Part shown: positions 1 through 13,200 of the stretch, one piece after another | How the letters are laid out: every line of letters starts with the position of its first letter | How positions within the stretch are numbered: position 1 is the stretch's first letter | Assembly (NCBI GenBank): GCA_000934665.2 | Contig: KZ538132.1 | Location: forward strand, 1 to 64,000 | Direction: 5' to 3' | Length of the DNA: 64,000 nt | Source of the DNA: Catajapyx aquilonaris | Lineage: Eukaryota | Position numbers and translations under genes: made by a program | The notes under the pieces: generated by a model | Database searches by the model: none | The model's input: only the letters and a program-made list of their open reading frames with translations | Told to the model about the DNA's origin: nothing

Positions 1-131
1 ATATCAGCAGGTGCTATTCCCGATTCTCCAGAAAGTATCTCTTATTGATCTCTTAGCAACGACCTGCTTATAAACAAGCAGCTTGCTGATTTTTCCAATA
101 ACTGTTGGTGCCACAGAGTTGGATCACCCTG
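1..131. mobile_element. Right end of a Tc1/mariner-type MITE (same family as 142-1054), truncated by the window edge
   Basis: 1-131 is the near-exact reverse complement of 142-272 and ends ...GGATCACCCTG followed by TA repeats. Confidence 0.8.
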
Positions 132-141
132 TATATATATA

Positions 142-1051
142 CAGGGTGATCCAACTCTACGGCACCAACAGTTATTGGAAAAATCAACAAGCTGCTTGTT
201 TATAAGCAGGTCGTTGCTAAGAGATCAATAAGAGATACTTTCTGGAGAATCGGGAATAGCACATGCTGATATTAGGTCCAATGCCCATGTAACAATTAAT
301 GAGGGAAAAAAGGGTTATCAGTGGGAAACAGGCCTGTTCTGGTGTTCGCTGGAGGGTTTCACATGAGGTCACTATAGCTGCCAAACCACAGGCCTAATCC
401 GTCGGAACTGGACAGACCCGGGTGTGTCAATAAATAGGCCTTCTGGTCTGTTCATTGTTGGCCGCAGTTGGCGCAACTGAGACAGGTCAACAGTCAGTGT
501 TGTTTAGTTACCAGTAAATAAATAGTTCTTGTAGAGTCAGGACCAGGACATGCCTTACTCAGGGGGCCTGTTTGAGGGCCGCCCAAGGGCTTCTTGGGTT
601 CTAACATTACAGTCTGCATTGGGCATTCTCTCATTAATTGATACATGCATGGGCATTGGACCTAATATCAGCAGGTGCTAAGACTGGTAACTAAACAACG
701 CTGCCTGTTGACCTGTCTCAGTTGCACCAACTGCGGCCAACAATGAACAGACCAGAAGGCCTATTTATACACACACGGGTCTGTCCAGTTCCGACGGATT
801 AGGCCTCTGGTTTGGCAGCTAGTGACCTCATGTGAAACCCTCCAGCGAACACCAGAACAGGCCTGTTTCCCACTGATGACCCTTTTTTCCCTCATTAATA
901 TTGTTACATGGGCATTGGACCTAATATCAGCAGGTGCTATTCCCGATTCTCCAGAAAGAGCCAGAAAGCATCTCTTAGCAACGACCTGCTTATAAACAAG
1001 CAGCTTGCGCGATTTTTCCAATAACTACTGGTGCCATAAAGTTGGATCACC

Positions 1052-1054
<3 letters not shown>
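142..1054. mobile_element. Foldback Tc1/mariner-type MITE with very long TIRs
   Basis: Starts CAGGGTGATCC and ends GGATCACCCTG, TA on both sides; arms ~142-515 and ~683-1054 are inverted copies; no ORF. Confidence 0.85.

Positions 1055-1085
<31 letters not shown>
1055..1085. repeat. (TA)n microsatellite
   Basis: Direct reading. Confidence 0.95.
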
Positions 1086-1087
<2 letters not shown>

Positions 1088-1243
1088 CTTGCACAGTAGG
1101 AGTTAAGCCACTACATCTGTGCTGACTTTTGCAAAAATATCAGTCACTGCCTTCTTTCACATGAGCATACATCTTTTCAACCAACAATATTGGTGTCACA
1201 TCCCAGAGACCTCCCATCTCACATGGTAGCAAATCCAACTTAC

Positions 1244-4200
1244 TGCCTGCCTGAGAGATGGCTGCAAGTTCTGGAAGAAAGCTGCTGCATCAACTGGCTC
1301 ATTGGGATTGGAGGAAGCTGCTGCCCTTCTTTGCTGCTCCAACCTCTGCTGAGCCAGTACCTCCTCCTGGATGCTTGGGGGAAGTGCTGCCAGGAACTCA
1401 GGATTCACTTCAATCATGCCTGACACAGTTGTAGCACTGCTGCCAGCAACTCCCCCAGCAGCAGGCACAGCAGATGGGGCATTGGTGGTACTGGTGCCCG
1501 GGGTCCCAGCAGCAGTGGCCTCGACTACCTGCTGCTGTGCCCTCTGCCTAAGCCGTTGGAGCCTCAGCTGTTCAGCTATCACTTCCTCACGCATCTCCTC
1601 AGGCAATGCAGCCAGAAAAGAAGGATCCACTCCCTCAGGAATTTCCACATTCCCAAGAACAGAAGCGAAATCCATGTCAAGTCTCCTGGAGTCACCCACC
1701 GGTGTCTCGGCTGATGGGTTAGCACCACCATTTGGTGTGGCTGATCCACCACCTCCATCTGAACCTGGTGACTCCATCTCGGAGTCAGTGCCCTGCATCC
1801 GCCTCTGAATATTGCGGAGAGCACCAAGAAGACTAATGCTGGCTTCCATCGAATTATCACCACCTTCATCTCGTGTTTGATTTGTCTCCATAGCAGCAGA
1901 CTCACTGTTACTGCGAGATGGCTCCTCAGTGGCCCCATCTGGTGGTCCAGAGGCTGACTGTGGTGCTGCTGACTCATCTTCTTCTTCCTCGTCCTCTTCA
2001 CCATCATCTTCCTCTGCCCCATACTCGTCATCATCATCATCTTCATCAGCATCAGTTGCATTGTTTGGTGGAGTAGTCATTGCACCACTCCCCATTACAA
2101 ATTGCAGCATACTTCGGAGTGAGTGTGATGAATCGAATGCAGCTGATGGTACTGTAGCTGGGGCGGATGATGTTGCAACGGTTGAGCCACCTTCTATACC
2201 ACCTGCAGTAGTAGGTGCTGTGGCTGCACTCATCCCAGGTATCATGTGTGAGATCGATGTGAGCAATTCTGATGTTAAGTCGGCCATCCTGGTTGCGTCT
2301 TGCTGGCCTCCAGGCGGTACTAAAGGAGTGGATGACAATACTGGACCCAGAACATTAGCCACAAGAGAGTCAGCAAGTGATTCAGTTGTTGGGGTGGTTG
2401 AGCTGGTGCTGGCACCAGGAGGTGCACCAGATGCAGACGCTGGAACGTGTCGGGATGTGGGGTCGGTTGTGAGGGGAACACTTGAGAAGAGGGATGCCTG
2501 CGCTGTGGCAGCAGTCGTGGTTGAAACTGCTGTAGTTGTGGGTGGTGCCTCAGAAATGCTCACCTCCATCTCACCCTCACCATTACCACCAGCTGTGGTA
2601 CCTTCCTTGGCCTTTAAGAAAGAATAAAAATAGTGAAAGTAGGGTTGAGACACTCAATAATAAGCTCGAAAAGTGCGATTCTGCAAATTTGTGAACATGT
2701 ACGCACAAGATCACAGAGACATTGGCATTCCCATCTGGGCTACCATAATGTTCCAGTACTGGGATTCACTAGTCTCCATAAATTGAAATCCAATCAGTTC
2801 TGCAATATCAGATAAGCCACAGTAAGCTTGTTACCTTCTTCTCTTCCTCCTCCTTCTTTTTCTTGGCCTCCTCTTCCTCCTGTTGTTTCCGCCTTTTCTC
2901 TTGCCTCTCAGCCATCTCTACATCCCTCTGCCTCTCCACCACTTCCAGGATCTCTGGCTTGATGATGGTGACACAGTCATGCATGGAACCTGCATCCAGC
3001 ACTTTGGCCTCCTCACTCCACCAGAACAGTGCTGATGGGATGGATGTCAGGCTTGGTGCTGCGGTTGCCCCAGCATTTATCCTGCACTGATCCTACATAC
3101 AGGAGGAAGGAGAAAATGTAAACAAACATTGACTAAAGCTACCTTTGCCTGAGCGTACCGTTCGCCTTGCACCGCTCACCAGGAAGTCCAGCTGCTCCTC
3201 CTCAGAGCTGGTGAACAGCCCCAATCCGTTGTCCATAACCAAAAGACGAGCGTCCCGCAAAGATGTGTTGAGGGCCTGGGTGGTTGTCAGTTGGAGGACA
3301 TCTGCTGCACTGGTGGGACCCAGCAACCTGCACAACCATTTGGTGGCAAGGGGAAGGGGCAGGAATTATGAGGTGAATGGGGGTGGGGAGAAGGGTAGGT
3401 CACACAACAAAATGTCACATTCTATGTATGGCGTGCAGGATTTGGATGCTGAGGATAATGCGGTGCCCAAGGCAAAACCATGCGACAAGAGACCAATCCA
3501 GTGTGCCACCAAGGTCCCCTTACATATTTGCAACATACACCATGTAGAGAGTAATGCATATCAGCAATAATAACTTCAGTCATTTCAAGGGCTGTTCAAT
3601 TTGGTAGCGTGCATTATGAGTCATTTTAAAACGCTTAGTTACTGGAAGGATGCTGCATACTCATTACTGGGCAAGGAATCACAATCAACAATGGAAGCCC
3701 CTTCATATCTTGCACCCTTACGACTCCCAAGTACTTTTGGTCCACTGCATTGGTATATATGTATATCATGGATGCCTTGTAACAGAGGTGGTACAATCCT
3801 CAACACAGGCAAACCTTGCTAATATGGCGGGCTTGGTTCCAGACCAACACCGTAAGACAAATCGAGCAAATGCAGGCGTATACACTGGTAGTAATTTAAA
3901 AGCCTCAAAACATGATTACACTAACACATAAAAATTAGCACTAGGCCAAAAAGATAAGTGTAAACACTATACTTAAGATGCTATTATCGTATGTTTTGCA
4001 GTACAAGAGCACAGCAAGTGCCAAATATAATAAGAGATATTAACATAATTATTGAAAAGTGCCACATAGCAAGGCGTGCCTGTACTAAAACACTCATAGG
4101 TACTGCACATAGCAGCGTGAAATGTATGCATCACAATTCGCAGTATTTATAATCTATATCAGAAAAATTATAACATTAAAAAGGTCAGACACCTCTTGGC

Positions 4201-7200
4201 TCCATAAAAATGGCGTAACATATGTAAGGGAGAGAAGACAGTCAGGATTTAGACTTACCTCTGAAGCAAGGTAGGTGGGTGGGTGTGTCGAGAGTTGAGC
4301 TGGATGTAATGGTACCTTCGCTGTCTATTGGTACGATGGGTGCGTGTAGTGGCAACTGGTGCAGTCTCCACGTTAGCAGGTGCTATCAGGAGTGGATGAG
4401 ATGGCCGTATTGCTGCCGCTGTAAGAGTTTCGATGTTAGATGCCCGTCGTGCCACCGCCTCAGCTGTCATGATATAGGAATGGTTGTGTGACAACACTGG
4501 GACAAATGGTTGGATCCTCTAACGCATTAAAAAAATACGTTGAATGTGATTTCCTTTTGATGACTTGGGATTAACAGTAGTGTAAATTAATTGGGGTGTT
4601 TGGATTAATACGAGTTAGGCCACCTCACACCAATGAAGGTATACTCACAAGAAGATTTATCTCTGGTCATCAATCTACCTTCAGTGGGGCAATCAGGAGT
4701 GAAGAGCAATAGTCCAGATTAACTCCACTAATTTTTGACAGTGTGAATACTTATACTCTTTCCGCAACATAATGCCAAATATGACTGCGCTCTACATATC
4801 AAAAACTTTGAACAACAATGTCATGCTCCACGTTGCTAAGTGTTCCAAAGCCCACAAAACCACCATAATTATGTAAAGTAGAGCAGGATTACTCAACGAG
4901 TTCCGATTTAAAAACTATAACAATTCCTGAATTACTTAATTGTGCTTTTCAACTGAAGTCATAAATAATAATAGTGAAATCAAATGCAGCAGTAGCTGAA
5001 GGACAATTTCCCAAACCAAGAATTCTTCTGGTCTACTTCAATATATCACAAGCGAGATGTCATCAGCCAATTTCAAAATAATGAAACCTTTTTTTTTGAA
5101 ACTATGATATTCTCCTTCATTAGTCAGTCACACCGGTCGTACAGCTTAATAGCAAGTGAAAATGCAGGCAGCTGTTAAACCAAGAGGGCCACAAATTAGT
5201 TTTATCTTAATTTTTCTATCTTCCAGCAAAAAATGCCGAAGGGCGCTTTAGAATCAAGAATGCCAGTAAAATATGGAACTCGCAATTACACCAATGAAAA
5301 TACGCCCCACCACAGGGAAGGATGATAACGTGTCACTACATGCAGCCCATATTTTGTGGTACTGCAATTAGGTAGAAGGCCACAAAATGTGAGACTTTTT
5401 ATAACTTACTTAAAACTCAATGATCAATGGAGCATTCATATTTCTTCACTTGTTAACTTGATACTTACAGGCCATGAGTAAAGTGGACATAATCTTGGAG
5501 CCATGGTTAGTTTCAAAATGAACCCATGCAAACAGACAGAGTGGCCATAAAGCCTGTAACGATGGGTGGTATTGTTTTCTGATTACAGGTGAGCTATAAA
5601 CACTGACAAAAGGTGAGAGAGTGGTGATAATTCTTTTTTGTGGACGAGAGGGATGGACACAGAGGGAAGTGGTGACGAAGTTCAAAAGGCGCGATCTGGA
5701 GATGTCAATTGGAAAATTGCTAATTGGTTTAGACTTTTCTGGATGTCTCCTACTGAACTTTGTCACCACTTCCCTCTGTGTCCATCCCTCTCGCCCACAA
5801 AAAAGAATCAACACCCCCGTCGTCTTTCGTCAGTGCCATAGCTCACCTGTAATCAGAAAACAATACCACCATTGGTTCTAGACTTTATGGCCACCCAGTA
5901 CATAGTTACTCTATATTTTGAGTATAAGAAGTCCCACTGAAATAAAATGTCTGCCCATTACGACAGGGACTTGCATGAGATCACAGGTACTCTTCGATTC
6001 ACACAAGTCTGAACCTTTTTTGGATATACATATGCCCAACGGGGTGAGCCGCCGCAAAGTCCCCAGTATCGCTGGCTTTCTGGAAGAAACAGTTCTGGTA
6101 CATGTAATTCGAATGCCTAATTATCATGGGCAGCCCATGTGGTAGCTGCAGCGCTACACAAACTGCACATTTTGTTGCGAGGAGCTGTAGGCTCTGGCAT
6201 GGGGGGCACTACTTTCGGGCGTATGGATATCCAAAAAGGTTCAGACTTACATGAATCGGAGAGTACATTGGGATAAATTCTGGAGTGAAACTGTCCTGGA
6301 TACTGAATTGTGGAAATGTCGAAATTTCCACAGAATTCAGTCAGCTTATGAGAACCACATCATAACATCATCATCTGAAAGAGTCATAAGTTATTTCCCA
6401 ACTCACCGCCACTCTCATTGCCATTGAAAACATCATCATATATGCCGATAGGCACATAAGCTCTGTTAGTGTCCCCATAGATGAGTGGTCCCATGGGATC
6501 TGGATCAGGGTACTGTATCATTACAATGTCCTCATTTTCTCTCTCCATTCCAGGCAAGCGAATCAGGTTCTCCTCTGGGTCCAGGTAGTCGTCCCTGTCT
6601 TCATCGTACCCAGAACCACCTTCTTCCTCATCCTCCTCCTCCTCCTCTTCATCTTCAGCCTCATCATCCTCCTCCCCATCATCATCCTCACCATCCTCTT
6701 CAGAGTGTTCAGAGTCAGAATCACTTGACTCAGCATGATCCTCCTCATCCTGTGAAAATGAGTATGTTGAATAATTGTGGAAGATTCTAGGTTAAGTCAC
6801 ACATACATCCCATGCAAAAGAACCACTACTCTAAGCACTACATAAATTGACCATCTACGGAAGTAGTGTGACACTACATTATTTCAAAGTAATATACTGT
6901 AAAACTTCTATAAGTCGAACTTCCCTAAGTCGAAGTTCTCTACAGGGTGTTAACCCTAAGCATGTCACCAGAAAAGGTGGTGGTAGAGGGCGCAGGTGTG
7001 AGCATTTTTGCATAAGGAACTAGGGGTCTACCTGCCAAGCCCCCCTCACCCATTCCGCTGCGTGCCGCACGCCTCTTGCACACTGCCTACCGCAAACTTT
7101 AAAAGGGGCGTAACTCGGTGAGGGTGCGTTTCCGACCCCTAGTTCCTTGTGCAAAAATGCTCACACCTGCGCTCTCTACCACCATCTTTTCTGGTGACAT

Positions 7201-10200
7201 GCTTTGGATTTACATCCTGTATAAGTCGAAGAAAATGATGACCTTGGTTGGTCACAATGTAAAAGAATAGGAAATAAACTTCCCTAACTCGAAGTGCTGG
7301 CAGGGCCTTACGATGGGATATCAATGCATTTTCAGTCTCCCTAAGTCGAAGTTCATGTTGCCGAGTACAGAAAATTTTCTCATTTCCCAGCCGAAGGGTA
7401 GAGAGTAGGCCACATGTACTGTACACAAAGGCTTCAGTATCCTGATCCCCATCTACCAGACGTATCCAAAGAAGAGTTTGACTCGATTGTGACATTTGAA
7501 TCCTTGAATTTAATCATCATCATCATCATGACATTTCCCTATGAGGGGTAGTCAGCAATGAAGACAGACGCAAGCTAACCCAACATATGAACTAAATTAA
7601 AACTTGTGAAAATATACCTATAAACAACCTGTGAATTTAAGAGTAGGCAAATGTCCATAACATAGATTATTTTACACCAAAACAATGAGGAACATTGTAA
7701 CAGTGATAGTGACAGTTATTTTAGAGTTTTGAACACCTTTCGTCGCTGGATATAAAGGAAGGCTTCCTTGTAGAGTTCTGTGGTTTAAAAAAATCCAAAC
7801 TTCTCAACTCGAATCTTCTATAACTGGAAGTTTTTTTCCGGCCCTGTGGAGATTCGACTTACAGAAGTTTTACTGTACCTATAGCCATGAGCAAATCATG
7901 ACTTCATATACAAGAATAATTCATGTTAGATTGCAGTATCAGAGAAATTTCTGTAGAAGCATTCATCACTATCATGCCACTCTTGTCACGATTAAACCCA
8001 AACAAGTTCCTTTCCAAAAATGAACCTCACCTGTGTGTCATCCCCACAGTACTCGCCCTCGTGTTGGTTCAGCATTTGGGAGTCATGCATGGGATCATCT
8101 GTTTCCATCCGGCTGGATGGAGGACCCTCTGCATCCACCATGAGTGTTTCGGCCAGAATCTGTTCCTCAGCACTGGCTGCATCTCGCTCAAGCAGCTGAT
8201 CCATAATTTCTTCCAAGCCTTGCTCATCCACTTCAGCAACATGACTTTCAGATGTTGGATCTAAACTCTCGGCAGCTGCAGAAATGTCATGCTCAGTGTT
8301 CTCTGCATCCTCAACCTGCTCCTCTCCTTGGGCATGCGTGACCTCAGAGTTGGTGGTGCCAGTCTGGCGACCACTTGTCTCTTCCCCAGCAAGGATCCCG
8401 GAAACAGCCCCTGCACCACCGTCCTCTTGTTGCTTCTGCTTACTAGATCTTCCACTAGAGGGCAGTGATGTTGGCTGGTTCACTATCCGAGAGAGAGTCT
8501 CAAGTGGCTTCAAGGCTGAATTGACTGTGGCTGCCATGTTTGGGCTTGACAAATCCAAGCTGTGTGGAATTCGGGCCAAGTCAGTCACCACACCCTTCCT
8601 AAGCAAAATGCGGACTATGTTGTTCATATTAAACTGGTGCTGCTTCGCGGCACCAGACCCAGGCGTTGGGGGTTGGGTTAAAGTTGGGCAGTTCTCTATC
8701 ATAGTTGACACTAACCCAGTTAAGGATTGGATACGAGCATGCTTCTCATTTGATTCTGGCAAAGCTAGTGCCCGCAACAATGCTGCCTTGACCTCAGCCA
8801 CAACTAATGACTGGGCTTCTGGTGAGTGGTTGCATGATGCCAATGCGGCAACCAAGAGGCGAACCAGGTTGGGGCAGTCACGATCACCTGCAGTCTGGCA
8901 TGATGGCAGCAACTGGTCAAGCATAAATGCTAGTGCATTGCAGTCTTCAGGCACCAACTCAGTGGCACCTCCCTGATATGAGTACTCAGCAATCAGGCGG
9001 GCACATCCAGCGTAAGATCGGATCAGCTCTGCCAGGAGACGACAAAGGGCCGACTTCGGAAGGAGTGGACGCTTGCGTCTTTCTTGCTCCTCACGCTTGG
9101 CTGCATCTTTGCTGTCCTTCTTCGCATCACCCTCTGCTTGATCATCAACCTCACCTGGGAGGAGATCTGCAGCACTGGCACTTCGAATGAGTCCCTGTTG
9201 TGATGGTGCACCAGCTACTTGAACTGCTCCTGGCAACACCAGGCCTGCAGCTGCAGAGCCAGTAGCAAGCGTACGTGACATTACTTGTCCACCCACTACA
9301 ACCTCAGCTGCAGCAACATCTGTGGGTACACCTGTGCTGTCAACAGCTGGGTCAGGGTCATCTGTTGGCACCTTCTGAGCCAGCGCATTGAGGAGCTCAC
9401 AAATGACGGACTTGGCAGCTCCTTCTAGGGTGGGAATTGTTGTCCCTGGCTTGCTTGGGAGGGCTTTCATCAGCAGGCGCATGTCATCTTCATCACCTGG
9501 GACATAGGGAATGAGAGCATTAACATGTTGTTGCCTTAACATGGCCTGAGCAAGGTTTGATCAACGTTATAAGAACTTTCATTGGAAAAACTAAATTCCA
9601 AGAATGAAATGTGACCATTAATTTTGAGAAAAAGATCACCTCACCTCTCCTGGACACTAGGTTCATGTCAACCCTGAGAATGCTCTTGGCTACATCTGCA
9701 AATGACTCGGGGTTACGGCATGCAGCTGGAGCCAGTACCCGCAGCAGGTAATGGAGCTCCTTGCAAGTCGAGGCACTGTTTGTGAGAGTCCTTGCACGTA
9801 CCATCTGCAATAATTAGCATGATTAATGTTACTTTGATTCACTCTCTCATCCTATGGATAGTGACAGATCCGATCCTATACCTTTTCAATGGTGTGCCTT
9901 AATGTCGTTGGCTCCTCCAGCACATGCCTTATGAGCAGTGTGGCCAGGGGCATAAATCCAGCAAATCCAGATGCTTGGGTGAGGTTTAGCATGAGGTTGA
10001 CACCCCCTAGCTCAGCAAATATCACAGCCGTATTGTAGTCTCTGGTCAGGCGAAGGCACATCCTCATCACTGCATGAAGGGTATCTGGATCCACTGGGAT
10101 ACCAATCAACCCAACACTTGCTCTGCACAAAAGAAGAAAGACACGTAAGTCACTGCCTCAAAACAAGTAAATTTAACCCTCAATTGACCACACCCTATTA

Positions 10201-13200
10201 TGCAGCAATTCACCACCCATTCCTTAATTTCACTTTTAAATTTACCTCACAATTGCATGTGCTTGCTCTGGAAGCAGTCCCTTGAGTATCACAACCTCCT
10301 TTTCCTTCTTCTCCTCTTCCACTTCTTCCACCACCTCTGCCTTTGCCCCCTCTCCCTCCACTTTCACGTCCGTCTCCTCAACTTCCATCTTCTCCGTCTT
10401 CTCTTCCTTTGCTTCTGCAGCCGCCACTTCCGTGTTCTCACTTGTTGACTCTCTCTCTGCCTCAGCTTTCTCCTCCTCATCCTTGACCTCCGATTCTGCC
10501 ACAGCCTTGGAGGCCTCTCCACCTTCGTCTTTCTTGTCCTTCTTCCCTTCTTCTGTACTAGCTGTAGCACCTGTCTGCTTCTTGGAGTCTATCAACCAGA
10601 GCATGATGGGTCGCCGATTACCAGTCTCCTCATTGATCTGTGACATCCCAGCAAACTGGATGCTGTACCGCCTGCGACCAGCCATAACTCTGAGGGATGA
10701 CTCTCCAGCCCAATAAGCCTCATCAATTGCCTTGTTGTTGCTGGCTGAATAATTGCACCACTTGCCAGTGCTCAGGTCAAACCATCGCCAAGAGTGGGCA
10801 GTAATGGAACGCAGCTTTTCTCGCCGACAGGATGCTACAGCCACTTTCTCATATAGATCCAATAGCAGCAGGAGGGGTGCCATCCACTTTGGAGTGGCCA
10901 CGGTCGTCACCTCAGGGGCATCACCATTTGCTGACTCAGAGGCTCCTGCAGCACTACTTCGCATCAGGACTTGTTGCCCCAAGCAGTAGAGATTGACAAT
11001 TGGCTCAAGGAGGTTACGCTGTTCCACCATCTGTGCACATGGTGTCTTCATCTCTTCAAAAAGAAGTGTGAAGAGATGAATCCGGACTGCTGCCTTTCCA
11101 GCCTCTGGGCAAGTTCCCAGGTCCTTGGCAGTGCAGTCTGGTTGGGAAGCAGTCTCAGCCAGTGAAGAAACCTTAGCGTGAAGCTCCTCCACCAGAAGAT
11201 CCAACATGCAATCACGCCATTTTTCGCCGTTGCGGTGTACTATGGACACCAGCAACTCACACACTCTAAACACGGTGTCAGGGAGTGTGTCAAGAAGGCC
11301 CAGGCAGCTCTGAAGGGCATCAGATGTGAAAGCATCAATCACTTCTTTGGTCAGCCCTTCAATCTCCTCCTGAAATTAGAGCAAAGAAAGGGTTTATTTC
11401 ATAACCTACACTTTTATGCACTCTCTAAATTTTAAGCATTCATCATTACAAGACGCATCAAAACTTATTACTGTAATCACTGTACATCTCACACTGTAAC
11501 CCAAGATGTTCCATAAAAATCATGCAATACCTCCTTATCATCCTCCTTCTTCGCGTCATCTTTCTGATCAGTGGACACCAACACATTCTCTCCTAGTGAC
11601 ATAGCGATGGCTCTTAGCATCTGATCCTCCTCTGACAGGTCCAAATCCATTGACAGGTTCTATGACACGGAAACATCATAAATATATATTTTTCAAATTA
11701 TCATTCTTGACTGGCCCCAGTAATTACTCTGTAAACCCCTTCTAACACTCATCAATTGTGATATAAATTTTCCTCACCTGTGCTCCCCTGAGCATTGGAG
11801 GTGGGTTTGTCAACAGATATTCAGTTGCCTGCTCCATGCTAGTGGTGTGCAGAAGTGCTTCTACGCAGTGCTCCCTGGTGAAGCCCATATCCATCAGCTG
11901 TTGCAGGTGCTCAGGGTTGACTTCCATGTCATTCTCATCGCGCCGCCTGTTTGCATCTGCAGCAGTTGCAGGAGTACCAGTAGTGACTGCAGCTGCCCCT
12001 GCCGCTGTGGACCCACCTGCAGCCCCCCCGGTGGCACCCTCTTTTCCCTTAGATTGCTTTTCCTGGATCATGCCTTCTCCTTTCAGGATGTGGCACAAAA
12101 TGGACAGCATCGACTCAGACATGCGTCCACCGTACACTTTCAGAGGCTTTCTTCCCCAGAGCTTCATCACAGAATCAAAGGCCAACTATGGAAAAGAAAT
12201 TTTGCACATACTAAGTATAATTCAAGCAGAAGAGGAGCAGTAATAACAATTTGGGTGATACCTTCATCCCCAGTGGATAAATTGCACTGACCATTATTAC
12301 TTTGTATTTCGCATTCTGTGAACCTTTCATGTGATGCCCAGGCCAGGCTAATTATTAAGCAAGCATCAAATTATGCTACAGCATTTATGCTTCCAGCACA
12401 GGACAGGCTGCACTGGGTTGTACAAGTACAGTACTTGCCCGGACTCAGTGTAATTCGCCCACCCCCAAAAAATTCAGTGGTGGGATAACAAACCAAATGT
12501 GATAAAAAATTCCAGTGAAGATTATCTATACTTAAAAATAGGTAATTATGAATCGTAACAAAGGAGTTAGGAGGACATCAAAGTTGAAGTTGATTTGGCA
12601 GTTAACAACTGAAATAAATGTGATTATACTTTGGACAGTGAATTTACGCGGGGTCTGGTAAAAATTGCTGTCACTACGGTTGTGTGTTACATAGCATTTT
12701 AATAATGAACCTGAGTGCCCACACAAACCGGAAGAGAGTATTCAAATTAATTACAAAAAATCTACTACAGAATTTTAAAATGTTTATGCTCATGGACTTT
12801 CTCTGAAATTGCTACCTTTTAGTGTACAACATTTAACAGTGTTATTTATAAATAAATAAAAATGTGACATGGTAAATAAACCTCTGTCCAATGTGCTACG
12901 ATTCCATGGTAGATTTTTTGTAATTAATTTTAATACTGTCTTCAGGTTCGTGTGACCCCTCAGGTTCATTATTAAAATTAACGTTATGCTAAGTAACATA
13001 TAAACATAGTGGCAGCAATTTTTAGCACACCCCACGGAAATTCACTGTCCAAGGTGTAATAATATTTATTTCAGTTGTTAACTGTCAAATCAACGTCAAC
13101 TTTGGTGTCCCCTTAACTGCAATGCTACAATTCATAATTATCCATTCTAAAGTCCAGATAATAATCTTAATGGACATTTTTTATCACATGTTGTTTATTA

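Noticed and set aside
5446..5881. Near-identical ORFs on both strands ([18 protein letters not shown])
   Set aside because: A consequence of the foldback MITE palindrome, not genes
6335..6377. C-box/D-box-like ATGATGA...CTGA on the minus strand, also an apparent acceptor
   Set aside because: About 40 nt is too short for a C/D snoRNA, and the acceptor is too close to the donor and leads to stops
1371..12290. Long plus-strand ORFs (e.g. 1929-2627, 8284-8976, 10282-10716)
   Set aside because: Antisense shadows of HUWE1 exons with no independent homology
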